From Pirellulales bacterium (lineage in GTDB: Bacteria > Planctomycetota > Planctomycetia > Pirellulales > PALSA-1355): 64,000 bases of DNA. This document shows, piece after piece, positions 29,350 to 39,597 of this stretch. The notes below the pieces were generated by a model. It was not told the DNA's origin and made no database searches. It saw nothing but the letters and a program-made list of their open reading frames with translations. A program made the translations under genes and the position numbers. The stretch is from positions 96,001-160,000 of the forward strand of contig CAVTBU010000008.1 in the NCBI GenBank assembly GCA_963733035.1, given 5' to 3'. Numbering within the stretch: the stretch's first letter is position 1; every line of letters starts with the position of its first letter.

Positions 29350-30981
29350 CTAAATGGCGCTCGCGGCCAAGGCCTCAGCCTGTTGGTCGGATTTGCCGTT
29401 GGCTCGCCACCACTCGGCGGCCGCGGCCGCACTCCATTGGCCAGCCGCTTCGCATTCGCCAAGCGCCTTGCGCAAGGCGGCCGCCGACGGATACCGATCG
29501 AGCGGATTCTTAGCCAGGCAACGCAAGATCACCTGCTCTAAATCGCGCGGCAGGTCGTCGCGGTGCCGGGTCGGCAGAACGACCTCATCGTGCGCATGCG
29601 CCAGGATGATCTTAATTGCCCGATCGCCCTCGAACGGCGGCCGGCCGGTCAGCACGTAGTAGGCAACGGCTCCCAACGAATAGACGTCCGAACGCTCGTC
29701 AGGTTCACTATCTCCAAGAGCTTGTTCGGGTGCCATGTACATCGGCGAGCCCGTAATCGAACCCTCCTGCGTGAGTTGCACCGGCACAGTGTCGTTGGAC
29801 AGCGGCTTGGCCAGCCCAAAGTCGAGCAATTTGGCCACGTCATAATAGCCGCCGCGCTGGGCGGCAAATATGTTGCCAGGCTTCAGATCGCGATGAATCA
29901 GGCCTCGTCCATGCGCTTCCGAAAGCGCGTCGCAGGTCTGCATCAGCAAATGAATCGCCCGGGCAGGCGGAAGGGGCCCATGTTTTTCGACCAGATCGGC
30001 GAGACTCAAGCCTGGTAGATACTCCATTACGTAGTAAAACGTGCCATCCTCGGTGCGCCCATAGTCGAAGATTTCAATCGTGTTCCAATGCGAAAGCTTG
30101 GCGGTGGCGCGCACCTCGCGCTCGAACCGGGCCAGCGCTTGCTTGTCGGCAGCCTTCCCGGGCCGAATCAGCTTAATCGCCACGGGGCGCTTCATCATCT
30201 GATGTTCGGCCAGGTAGACATCGCCCATTCCACCGGAACCGATCAAGTTCACGAGTCGGTATTGGCCGAGTTGCTTCGCCTCAAAGGCTTCCTCGCGCAA
30301 TTCGTTGATTACGTGTGTGCCGTAGGTCGCGGCCAGGAACGTGACTCCCATGATGATGACCAATTCCATCACGAACGAGCGGTGGGCGGCCATGGCCGCC
30401 GCGTAGGCCGGATCCTGCCACCACAAATACACCGAGAGCAAGACAGGTGCCGCGCACATTACGCCGAGAATCCAGGCTGCCCGTCGCCAGCGGTTCGGGA
30501 TGAACATCGCATAGATGAACACGGTGCCCACCCAAGGAGCAAGCTGGTCGTGTGTCATGCCGCGTTCGGCCAGCAATTTCGAAACCCAGTATTGCTGGTG
30601 CACGAAATACGCCGTCGGCAGGCCAAAAATGGCCACCTCGTAAACGCGAAGCTTCCGCAACGAGATCGAGCATTTCCGGCACAGCGAAAAGAACGAAAGT
30701 CCTAAGACCAGGGTGACGCCCAGATGGAAAACAAAGTCGACCGATGGGTCGATCCCCCCCATGAACAGCCGCCAGACGAAAAACGAACCGAAGGCCAGAC
30801 AGAGCAGCCCGGCAGCGGCTCTCAGACGCGTACGGAGCAGGGTAGCCGTTTCGGTGCTGATCTGGGGACCACTGCCCTCGATGATCGCCACTTGATTCAA
30901 CGCGGTGCCTGGGGGCGTCGACAGCTCGCCCACCTGGGCGTCCAGCGTGATCTCGGTCGAAGATTTGGAGACGGTAGGCAC
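29350..30981 (-). CDS. Membrane-anchored Ser/Thr protein kinase (N-terminal TM bundle)
   Basis: About 5-6 TM segments, then IGSGGMGDVY, VAIK, HRDLKPGN, DFGLAK, GSPMYMAPE and SDVYSLG. Start uncertain (GTG 30981). Confidence 0.93.
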   Translation of the reverse strand: MPTVSKSSTEITLDAQVGELSTPPGTALNQVAIIEGSGPQISTETATLLRTRLRAAAGLLCLAFGSFFVWRLFMGGIDPSVDFVFHLGVTLVLGLSFFSLCRKCSISLRKLRVYEVAIFGLPTAYFVHQQYWVSKLLAERGMTHDQLAPWVGTVFIYAMFIPNRWRRAAWILGVMCAAPVLLSVYLWWQDPAYAAAMAAHRSFVMELVIIMGVTFLAATYGTHVINELREEAFEAKQLGQYRLVNLIGSGGMGDVYLAEHQMMKRPVAIKLIRPGKAADKQALARFEREVRATAKLSHWNTIEIFDYGRTEDGTFYYVMEYLPGLSLADLVEKHGPLPPARAIHLLMQTCDALSEAHGRGLIHRDLKPGNIFAAQRGGYYDVAKLLDFGLAKPLSNDTVPVQLTQEGSITGSPMYMAPEQALGDSEPDERSDVYSLGAVAYYVLTGRPPFEGDRAIKIILAHAHDEVVLPTRHRDDLPRDLEQVILRCLAKNPLDRYPSAAALRKALGECEAAGQWSAAAAAEWWRANGKSDQQAEALAASAI

Positions 30982-31220
30982 CGACGTCTCCCGAGAAACT
31001 AGGGGCAGGAAAACCAACCGCAGTACGTAACTCCATCATATCCGGTTCGGAAATCCCCAGCGAGGTCAGCCCTGGGCCAATTCGGCGACTGCCACCGAGC
31101 CACACGGGGTGGTCACAGCCCGATGCCCGGACCGGATAGTCACTTACGCATTTGCTAGACACCAAACGGCCGCGTCGGGTTCTGTGGTCCCAAAAAGGTT
31201 CTGGACGATCGCTATCCGAC

Positions 31221-31766
31221 CTACGCCGCTCGGCGACGGCCGCTGCCCGCCCACTCTCGAACCTTGGACAACTCGACGGTTTGGAACGAAATCCCCTCGC
31301 TGCCGGCTGCCTCGCGAAGTACGAGCGAACCGCTGTTGAGCATACGCGGCAGATAGAACCAGGCCCCTGCCAGCGCCGCATCGTTGTGATTGGCCGAAAT
31401 CAACACCAGATCGACGTCAGGTAGTGCATTGGCCACCCGCGCCAAGGCCCCAGCGGGCTCTCCGGGGATGAGCTGCGACTGGGCATCGGTCATCTTGAGT
31501 TGCCGGTGACAGTCCTTCAACGAGAGCTTCGGTTCGCTGGGCCCCCGCGCTTCGAACAGATCAATTGCCGCATACCGGATAGGCTCACCCTCGACTAACT
31601 TTTGCGCAAAAGCAAGCATCCGGAGCGTGCGGTCCATCGTGCTGATGCCAATTTCCAAGACTTTTCTCGGCCGTTTCTTGCGCAGGAGGCGATAGAGAGC
31701 GCGATCCGACGCCGGTTTGGAAAAGTAGGAAAGATAGAGGTATCGTAGAGTGGTGGCGAGACGCAA
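31221..31766 (-). CDS. Hypothetical protein resembling a degenerate class I SAM-methyltransferase fold
   Basis: RKVLEIGI...YAAIDLFE...DLVLISANH...YLPRMLNSGSLVL. GGAGGG RBS before the TTG start. Confidence 0.6.
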   Translation of the reverse strand: MRLATTLRYLYLSYFSKPASDRALYRLLRKKRPRKVLEIGISTMDRTLRMLAFAQKLVEGEPIRYAAIDLFEARGPSEPKLSLKDCHRQLKMTDAQSQLIPGEPAGALARVANALPDVDLVLISANHNDAALAGAWFYLPRMLNSGSLVLREAAGSEGISFQTVELSKVREWAGSGRRRAA

Positions 31767-32050
31767 CGTTCACCCTCCCTGGTGATTTGCGTGTGCTTGG
31801 CGGGGTTTCGATGCAAGTTATTTTCGGTTGACATCGGCGGCGAAATGGAGCGGAAACCAACTCGCCGACGGCAAGGGGCCGTCCTGGCATGGCACCTCTC
31901 GCAACGGCGGCAATCCTTGCCAAAGTCCCCCAGAACCCGTTCCGCGCAAGTCGATTGGCTCAACTACCTTCCCTCTGGACGCGGCACCCTGGTGGCGAGT
32001 CCAATCCAACCGTTGATCGCGAACCACCTCTCCGGCAATAAGACGCATCA

Positions 32051-32890
32051 ATGTCTCAGCATGAATTCGAAATCGCTCATGGCCAGCGCTTCGCCTTTGG
32101 CGAAAACTGGCGGCGGTTTCTCAAACAACTAACACCTGTGCAAATTGCCGAGGCTGAACGTTCGCTGCAAGAGATGCTGACATGCAAGGACCTGCGCGGC
32201 AAATCGTTCTTGGACATTGGCTCGGGGAGCGGCCTATTCAGCCTGGCGGCAAGGCGACTAGGCGCTCGCGTGCACTCGTTTGATTTCGACCGGCAGTCGG
32301 TTGCGTGCGCGACGGCCCTGAAAGAGAAATTCTTTCGGGACGACGCGGATTGGACCATCGAAGAGGGATCCGTGCTCGACCGGGGCTATCTCGAGGGGCT
32401 CGGAAAGTTCGACATCGTTTACGCCTGGGGCGTCCTGCACCACACCGGTCAGATGTGGCAGGCCATGGACCACGCAGCGATGGCCGTGGTCAACGGCGGA
32501 AAACTATTCATTGCCATTTACAACCACCAGCCGCTTTGGACACCGCTGAACACCTTGCTCAAACGGACGTACGTCGCGTCTCCCGCGCCTACTCGCTGGT
32601 TGCTGGCCGGCGGCTCGATCGCTATGCATGCCACGGGTGGACTGGTGAAAGACCTGCTGCGGTTTCGCAACCCGCTGGCGCGGTACCAGAACTACAATCG
32701 GCTGCGGGGCATGTCATGGTGGCATGACCAACTCGATTGGGTTGGTGGATACCCGTTTGAAACCGCCACGCCCGAGGCGGTGATCGAGTTCGGCCGACAG
32801 CGCGGCCTCGTTGTCGAACGGCTGGTTCCTTGCCGCCGGGGTAGTTCGGGCTGCAATCAGTTCGTCTTGCGCAAGGAGCCGCGGACGTGA
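32051..32890 (+). CDS. Class I SAM-dependent methyltransferase
   Basis: RFAFGENW, FLDIGSGSG, FDIVYAWGVLHHTG and DWVGGYPFE motifs. Confidence 0.92.
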   Translation: MSQHEFEIAHGQRFAFGENWRRFLKQLTPVQIAEAERSLQEMLTCKDLRGKSFLDIGSGSGLFSLAARRLGARVHSFDFDRQSVACATALKEKFFRDDADWTIEEGSVLDRGYLEGLGKFDIVYAWGVLHHTGQMWQAMDHAAMAVVNGGKLFIAIYNHQPLWTPLNTLLKRTYVASPAPTRWLLAGGSIAMHATGGLVKDLLRFRNPLARYQNYNRLRGMSWWHDQLDWVGGYPFETATPEAVIEFGRQRGLVVERLVPCRRGSSGCNQFVLRKEPRT

Positions 32891-34260
32891 ACGAGCCCGC
32901 GCTGCCAGCCGCCATTGAAGTGGAAAGCGACGCTGTGGGCCATCGCCGCGTATTGTCCAGCATGTTCGTCCTGGGTGGCGCCACCGTGCTCATCAAGTTT
33001 GTTGCCTTGGCAAAAGATCTGCTTGTTGCGAAGCAGTTGGGCGCGGGAGATGCTCTCGATGCTTATTTAGTCGCGTTCGTGCTGCCGTCCTACGCCGCGG
33101 TCGTACTGGCCCATACGTTGGCCTCGGCGTTCGTGCCAACCTATGTGCGAGTCTGGCGGCGCGACGGCCTGGACGCGGCACGCCCACTCGCAGGCGGAGT
33201 GTTAACCGCAGCGATGCTAGTCCTCACGCTGGCGACGATGATACTCTGGTTCGCGGCCCCGGTCGTTCTGCCGCTGGTAGGTTCCGGCTTCGATTCGTCC
33301 AAGCAGGCTCTGACGCAGTCGCTCTTCTTCCCGCTGGTCGGCGTCGTGCTCGCCAGCGGCCTCTCGGCGGTTTTCGCAGCGATCCTCAACGCCCACGAAC
33401 GCTTTGCCGCGGTGGCGATCGCGCCGCTCGGAATCCCGTTTGCAACGCTCACCGTGTTTTGGCTGGGTCAACGTGAATATGGAGTGCACGCCTTGGCCGT
33501 CGGCACGACGCTGGGTTTCCTCTGCGAGACAGTCGTGCTCGCACTGGCGGCTTGGTGGACTGGATTGTTGCCTCAACCAAAATGGGACATGCGTGGTCCC
33601 GAACTTTCACGAGTCGCTGCTCAATACGTTCCGGTCGTCGTCGCCGGGCTGCTGATGAGTAGTGCCTTGGTGGTCGATCAATCCATGGCCGCGAGTCTCG
33701 GCAGCGGACAAGTTTCGGTGCTGAACTACGGCGGGAAGGTTGTAGCGGTCGTGCTTAGCATTGTGGCCGCCAGCTTGAGCACGGTTCTTTTTTCTCGCTT
33801 CACGCACCTGCTAGCGGCCGGTCGCACTCGACAATTCAAGAGGACATTTCGCCTATACGCCATTGGTGTCGTGCTGGTGTCAGTTCCCGCCGTCGCGCTG
33901 CTCGCCATCTTCACGCCCGCGCTCATTCGGTTGCTTTTCGAGCGGGGTGCTTTTACGCCGGAAACGACCGTGGCTGTCAGTCGCGTTCAATGGTGGCTCC
34001 TGCCGCAGATTCCTTTTTATGTGCTGACGCTGCTTGGCGGCCGCGTACTGAGCGCGCTCGAGGGGAACGCCGTCGTGCTTCGGATCGCGGCATTGAACGT
34101 CCTCGTCAATGTCACCGGAAACCTCTTGCTAATGCAGTGGTTTGGCGTCGAAGGAATTGCCATGGCCACGTCGCTGATGTACGTGGTGGCCACCGCCGCC
34201 ACACTCGCGGCAATCCGTCAGAAGCTGGCAATTCGCGGCACGAATTCGTTGACCGACTAA
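32887..34260 (+). CDS. MurJ/MviN-like MOP flippase
   Basis: GAGDALDAYLVAF, VDQSMAASLGSG and LFERGAFT motifs with about 12 TM segments. GTGA overlap with the methyltransferase gene. Confidence 0.85.
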   Translation: MNEPALPAAIEVESDAVGHRRVLSSMFVLGGATVLIKFVALAKDLLVAKQLGAGDALDAYLVAFVLPSYAAVVLAHTLASAFVPTYVRVWRRDGLDAARPLAGGVLTAAMLVLTLATMILWFAAPVVLPLVGSGFDSSKQALTQSLFFPLVGVVLASGLSAVFAAILNAHERFAAVAIAPLGIPFATLTVFWLGQREYGVHALAVGTTLGFLCETVVLALAAWWTGLLPQPKWDMRGPELSRVAAQYVPVVVAGLLMSSALVVDQSMAASLGSGQVSVLNYGGKVVAVVLSIVAASLSTVLFSRFTHLLAAGRTRQFKRTFRLYAIGVVLVSVPAVALLAIFTPALIRLLFERGAFTPETTVAVSRVQWWLLPQIPFYVLTLLGGRVLSALEGNAVVLRIAALNVLVNVTGNLLLMQWFGVEGIAMATSLMYVVATAATLAAIRQKLAIRGTNSLTD

Positions 34261-34268
34261 ACTCGTTG

Positions 34269-34487
34269 TCACATCGAATCGTGCGAACCGGTTGCCACCG
34301 TCGTCCAAGTAGCAACCGCTCGTAACGGTGCTTTCGCTGGACGATTTCTCCAAACCGCCACGTAGAATCGATGGAAGCAATGGTGGCATTGCACCGGCGT
34401 AAACCCTAGCCAGCGTGCAACGCGATCAAACCAGCCAGTGCGGTTGCCTGGGACGACTCGCGCGCACCAACAACGCGGACATTTCAT
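34269..34487 (-). CDS. Small putative zinc-ribbon protein
   Basis: MKCPRC...CHHC (two CxxC motifs) and a GGGAGGGAG RBS. Confidence 0.65.
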   Translation of the reverse strand: MKCPRCWCARVVPGNRTGWFDRVARWLGFTPVQCHHCFHRFYVAVWRNRPAKAPLRAVATWTTVATGSHDSM

Positions 34488-34795
34488 GGCCGAGTTCTCC
34501 CTCCCTGGTTCCAAGCCAACGGGTCGTCCTGGGGCTCATGTTCCGCCGTTTCGGTCGCTTCAACGGCGCGGGAGCGTATCGCCGGAACGAAACACCTGTC
34601 AAGGGCATGCATCCCCGGCCCAGGCGGACATCGTAGCGCGCCAGTTCGGCAAAACGAGCAAAGCCGTACCTGACAAGTAGTTTCGGCGGTCCGCGCAAAC
34701 CTTGCGGCCGAAAGGTGTTTCGGAGTATCATCCGAAGAGCACCAGCCCACAGCGGGAGAGGCTGGTCCCGCATCCATCAACGAAGGCTAGTGGCA

Positions 34796-35839
34796 GTGAA
34801 ATACGCGGCAATCGGTCCCATCGCGATTCATTTGCCCGAACGCGTGGAAACCAACGACGATTTGGCGGCGCTCTATCCCCGCTGGGACCTGGACGCGATC
34901 TACAGCAAGACCGGCATTTGGGCCCGCCACATTGCCGCTCCCGATGAATGCGCAAGCGACCTCGGTGTGGCGGCAGCGGAAAAACTCTTCGCAGAGCACA
35001 ATATCGACCGCCAGAGCATCGACTTTCTGTTGTTCTGTACGCAAACGCCCGACTACCCGCTGCCCACCACCGCCTGCCTGGTGCAAAGCCGGCTCGGTCT
35101 GCCCACCTCGGTCGGAGCATTGGACTTCAATTTGGGATGCTCCGGTTTCGTGTACGGACTGTCGCTGGCCGACGGACTGATCCGCAGTGGTACCGCCAAG
35201 CGAGTGCTGCTCATTACCGCCGAAACATACTCCAAGTACATCGACGACGAAGACCGGTCACTGCGAACCATCTTTGGCGACGGTGCGGCCGCAACCTTGC
35301 TCGACGCTGCCGACGATCCATCGCTCTCGGCGTTTTCGTTCGGCACCGACGGTACGGCCGCCGACGCCCTGATGGTCAACTCGGGCGGTGCCCGGCTGGC
35401 CGAGGACGCGCTCAAACCGCGCACGAAATGGCGCTGGAACAGCAAGCTGTATATGGACGGTCCCGGCCTCATCAAGCTGACGCTCGATACCTTGCCACAA
35501 ACGATTCGGCAAGTGCTCGAGACCGGCGAGGTGAGCGACGACGACATCGACCTGTACCTCGTACATCAGGCCACGCACAAACTGCTGGCCACGTTGCGGG
35601 CCGAGATGGACCTGACCGAAGAGCGAATGCCCACGATGCTCCACGACTATGGCAACACCGTGTCATCGACGATTCCCATCATTATGCACGAATTGCGATC
35701 AAGCGGCCGATTGCGGCGCGGCACGAAATGCCTGCTGGCCGGATTCGGAGTCGGTTTCTCCTGGGCTGGCTGCCTCTGGACCGAAACCTGGAAAAACAAG
35801 GCCGTCAAAAGCGATGACGCCGATCTGGAGGCCGCGTAG
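34796..35839 (+). CDS. fabH: 3-oxoacyl-ACP synthase III family protein
   Basis: Catalytic contexts LGCSGF, HQA and GNTVSSTIP, plus FGDGAAA and GFGVGFSW. Confidence 0.88.
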   Translation: MKYAAIGPIAIHLPERVETNDDLAALYPRWDLDAIYSKTGIWARHIAAPDECASDLGVAAAEKLFAEHNIDRQSIDFLLFCTQTPDYPLPTTACLVQSRLGLPTSVGALDFNLGCSGFVYGLSLADGLIRSGTAKRVLLITAETYSKYIDDEDRSLRTIFGDGAAATLLDAADDPSLSAFSFGTDGTAADALMVNSGGARLAEDALKPRTKWRWNSKLYMDGPGLIKLTLDTLPQTIRQVLETGEVSDDDIDLYLVHQATHKLLATLRAEMDLTEERMPTMLHDYGNTVSSTIPIIMHELRSSGRLRRGTKCLLAGFGVGFSWAGCLWTETWKNKAVKSDDADLEAA

Positions 35840-35852
35840 TCTTCGGTCGCAT

Positions 35853-36927
35853 CTAGAACACGACTTTTCCGTTCGCGCGGAGGATCAGGCGCACCGGCGG
35901 GTTTGGGCTGCTGAAGGAACTTCTCCAGCAGCTTCTCGTCGCCACCGAACTGTGCCACGCGGCTTAGAAAGACCTTCGCACGCTCGGGCTGCCCGTCGAA
36001 ATATAATTCGAGTCCCATTGCCAGCAAAAGATTCGAGTCAAAGGGATTGATCTCGATGGCTTTGGCGAGTTCTTCCAAGTGCTGGGTCTTGGAGATCTGA
36101 GCATCGGCATACAGGTCGTCGAGCCGTAGCGGTGTGCCGCGCCAGTCCCCGCGGACCTGCAGACCGCGCTTGAATGCCTTGGCCGCGCTTTCATACTGTC
36201 CCATCGCCACGTACGAGAATGCTTGTCGGAGATATCCTTCGGCCATGTCGGGTGCCGTCTCGACGGCCGTCTTGTAACGGCCCAATGCGGCGAGATACTT
36301 CTGCTTGGCAAACTGGCTATCGCCAAACCCCAGATACCTCCCCGCGCGAGCCCGTTGCTCCTGGTTCGAAGTCCGAGGCGTCGGCGGTACGTCCGGTATG
36401 GCTGGTACGCGCGCTGGCGCGTTGGCCGCGACGTTATTCCGCGGCGCTACCACGTTCTGTGGCACGACAATCGGTGCGGTCGAAAAGCTCGCCGCCGGAA
36501 CGCTCAAGCCATAGCCAAAGACGGGTACCGAGGGGTAATAAGCATAAATCGCCGGCAAATAGGGCGTGCCCCAACCCCACGGATAGCCGACGCTGCCGAA
36601 AACGCCTCCGCGATTTCCAACCCCATGACCGTGGTGCAGATGATGGTGGCCCGGGCCGTGGTGATAGATTACTTGCCCGCTCCCGTTCTGTGGATCGAGG
36701 TTGCCGGCTGGCGCCGTATCACCAGGTGGCGTGTCCGCCGGAGGATTTGCCCGACTTGCAATCGTGCCGGTCGGAAATCGCGCCGATAGCGGCGGAGTAC
36801 TCGGAAGTTGAACGTCCGATTGGGAGCGGCCAGTCGTGGGGCCGAGAATCAACGTTTGCCCGCACGCGGTATGTGCCGCGGCAGCCAAGAGCAGCCAAAA
36901 GGCCGTCGAGAAGATTGGACGTCGCAT
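35853..36927 (-). CDS. Secreted TPR-containing protein (probable frameshift near the 3' end at 35873-35878)
   Basis: Signal peptide, Pro/His/Gly-rich linker and a TPR region. The literal ORF runs about 190 nt into fabH (to 35647). A 2-nt correction gives ...PRANGKVVF* ending at 35853. Confidence 0.7.
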
Positions 36928-37020
36928 GGGCCCTCCTTGCGGCCAATGGCAGACGTGTCGCTACGAACGATTATCGTTGGCTGCCAATACCCGTTCAATA
37001 GCGTATCGGCGAATCCAACC

Positions 37021-37842
37021 CTAATCCATGCTCGCCTGGCCCAGCAGCTTGCGCAGTGCCGTCATGGCAATCTCTCCGAATTGGACAGGGGGAATTCGCC
37101 AAATTTGGGGATTCATCAATTCGATTGCGACGTGACCGCGATAGTCGATTTCGGTCAGCCGCGCCAGCAGCGCCGCCAGCGGGATGTCGCCATCGCCGGG
37201 AAGAATCCGGTCGGCATCGGTGGCAAATTCCCGCGCCACCCCCGATAGATCGCAAAGCTGCACGTGGAATAGATTTTCGGCCGTGAGGTAGCCGAGGTCT
37301 TCCGGTTTGCTGGGACCGACATAGTAGTGAAACGTGTCGAAGCAAATGCCCAGGTAAGGACTGCCGGTTTCTGCCACCAAAGCCGCGGCCGTTTGCAGGT
37401 TGTTGATGAACGTTGATCGGGCTTGGAACTCTCGCGCTAACCGCACGCCGTGTTGACCGGCCAGTGCGGCAGCCTGCTCCAGCGACATTTGCACACGCTC
37501 CAGGTCCTGTTGGGTGAGTTGCCCGACAACATCGCCCGCCAGCACCAGCGTGCCGATTTCGAGTTCGCGGCACTGCGTCAACCGACGTTCAAAACCTTCC
37601 CAGTGTTGCCGACGAAATTCGCCTTGGCTGGCGAGCAAACCGCCCTGAAAACTTGCGACGGGAGTCGCCATGCCATGCTCGTTCAACAACGCCCGCAGAT
37701 CATCAATTGAATGCTGGTCAAGATACCGGTCGAGCTTGCCAAGCCAAAGTTCGATCGCCGTACATTTGCCGGCGGCATAGTCCGCCACATCATCGGCAAA
37801 TGCCGCATCAAGCGAACTGACTTGAGCGAGCGCAGGTTTCAT
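37021..37842 (-). CDS. Sugar phosphate isomerase/epimerase (xylose isomerase-like TIM barrel)
   Basis: AIELW, EF, CFDTFH, HVQLCD, RILPGDG and YRGHVAIE motifs. Confidence 0.88.
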   Translation of the reverse strand: MKPALAQVSSLDAAFADDVADYAAGKCTAIELWLGKLDRYLDQHSIDDLRALLNEHGMATPVASFQGGLLASQGEFRRQHWEGFERRLTQCRELEIGTLVLAGDVVGQLTQQDLERVQMSLEQAAALAGQHGVRLAREFQARSTFINNLQTAAALVAETGSPYLGICFDTFHYYVGPSKPEDLGYLTAENLFHVQLCDLSGVAREFATDADRILPGDGDIPLAALLARLTEIDYRGHVAIELMNPQIWRIPPVQFGEIAMTALRKLLGQASMD

Positions 37843-37882
37843 GTGGGCAAGATCTCTTGTATTCCCAACCGTTTCGCCGGTC

Positions 37883-39505
37883 TCAGCCGTTTCCGCCCGC
37901 TTGAATTAGCCGCTCGATCTCCTCCACGCAATCGTCCAGCTTGATTCGCCATTGCTTGAGCGAATCGCGATCACGCACCGTTACCGTCTGATCCTGCAAT
38001 GTCTGGCCGTCGACCGTAATACAGTACGGCGTGCCAGCTTCGTCTTGTCGACGATAGCGTCGCCCGACGGCCCCTTTCTCGTCGTAGAACGCCGCAAAGC
38101 GTTTCTTCAGCGCCCGATAGATCCCTTGAGCCACCTCGGGCATGCCGTCTTTCTTGACCAGCGGAAAGACGGCCGCCTTGATGGGGGCGAGGCGCGGGTG
38201 CAATTTCATCACGACCCGCGACTGCATCTTGCCGTTTTCGTCCGGGGCCTCGTCCTCGGTGTACGCCTGGCACAAGAACGCCAAGGTGGCCCGGTCGGCG
38301 CCGGCCGATGGCTCGATGACATGCGGTACGTAACGTTCGCCGGAAATGTCATCGCGATAACTCAGATCCTTGCCGCTGCCGCGGTGCCGCGGTTTGCCTT
38401 CCTCGTCGGTCTCGACGACCAGGTCGCAGCCCTGGCGCACCAGTTTGCCCTCCATGTGACTTCGCAGGTCGAAATCGCCTCGGTGGGCAATCCCCTCCAA
38501 CTCGCCAAACTCGCCGGGGGGCAGGAAGGGAAAGGCATATTCGATATCGGCCGTGCCAACCGAATAGTGGCTCAATTCATCCTGCTCGTGGTCGCGCAGC
38601 CGCAGGCGATCACCGGCCAACCCCAGGTTCAAATACCACTGGTAGCGACGATCTCGCCAGAATTTGTACCACTCGGGCGAGGCCTTGGGATGGCAGAAGA
38701 ACTCGATTTCCATCTGCTCGAACTCGCGCGAACGAAACGTAAAGTGCCGCGGCGTGATCTCATTGCGAAAGCTCTTGCCCATCTGGGCAATGCCAAACGG
38801 CACCCGCACGCGCGAACTATCCAGCACATTCTTGAAATTTACGAAAATACCCTGTGCCGTCTCGGGCCGCAGGAAGGCGGCGCCTTCCTCGCCCGATAGC
38901 GCACCAACGTAGGTCTTGAACATCAAGTTGAATTCGCGCGGCGGAGTCAGCGTGCCGAGTTCCTTTGCGTCGGGGCCCAGCACGTGTGAGAAGTCCGTCA
39001 CTTTGGTGAGCGAGACGATCGGTCCCTGCCATTGAAGTTGCTCCACGTCCTTGTTGCGCAGATTAAACAACTTGAGAGCCCGCTGTTGCGTGTCGGCCAT
39101 CGCATCGTCGCCGCCAAACTGAGTGGCCACGAAAACCCGCTTTCCCTTGGCTTCGACCCAGCGACCGTTCACCTGGTCGTGGCGATAGCGCTTTTTCGAC
39201 TCGCGGCAGTCGACCATGTAGTCATGAAACAGGTCGTAGTGTCCCGAGCATTTCCAAACCTGGGGGTGCATGATGATCGTGCAATCGAGGCCGGTCATTT
39301 CGAAGGCTTCCGGCGCACCAGCTAACACGTCGATGTCGTCGTGCCCTCGAACCATGTCCTGCCACCAGGCCTCGCGGACGTTGCGCTTCAGTTCCACGCC
39401 CAGCGGACCGTAATCCCAGAAGCCGTTCAAGCCGCCGTAAATCTCGCTGGATTGAAACAGAAACCCGCGCCGCTTGCACAACGAAACCAGCTTATCCATG
39501 TCCAT
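37883..39505 (-). CDS. glyQS: Glycine--tRNA ligase (alpha2 type)
   Basis: LCKRRGF, DYGPLG, LRPETAQGIF, FRNEITP, ELEGIAHR and VIEPSAG motifs plus the anticodon domain GRRYRRQDEAGTP. Confidence 0.97.
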   Translation of the reverse strand: MDMDKLVSLCKRRGFLFQSSEIYGGLNGFWDYGPLGVELKRNVREAWWQDMVRGHDDIDVLAGAPEAFEMTGLDCTIIMHPQVWKCSGHYDLFHDYMVDCRESKKRYRHDQVNGRWVEAKGKRVFVATQFGGDDAMADTQQRALKLFNLRNKDVEQLQWQGPIVSLTKVTDFSHVLGPDAKELGTLTPPREFNLMFKTYVGALSGEEGAAFLRPETAQGIFVNFKNVLDSSRVRVPFGIAQMGKSFRNEITPRHFTFRSREFEQMEIEFFCHPKASPEWYKFWRDRRYQWYLNLGLAGDRLRLRDHEQDELSHYSVGTADIEYAFPFLPPGEFGELEGIAHRGDFDLRSHMEGKLVRQGCDLVVETDEEGKPRHRGSGKDLSYRDDISGERYVPHVIEPSAGADRATLAFLCQAYTEDEAPDENGKMQSRVVMKLHPRLAPIKAAVFPLVKKDGMPEVAQGIYRALKKRFAAFYDEKGAVGRRYRRQDEAGTPYCITVDGQTLQDQTVTVRDRDSLKQWRIKLDDCVEEIERLIQAGGNG

Positions 39506-39597
39506 GGCCGAAAAATGCCCTCGTAAAACGAGTTCGCCTCGAAAAAAGTTGCTTTTGCGAAAGACCTTGAAGTGTACTGCGCGGGCCCGGCCGCCGA

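Noticed and set aside
35647..35852. Long convergent overlap between the TPR gene and fabH
   Set aside because: Better explained by a frameshift near 35875, since a natural stop exists at 35853.
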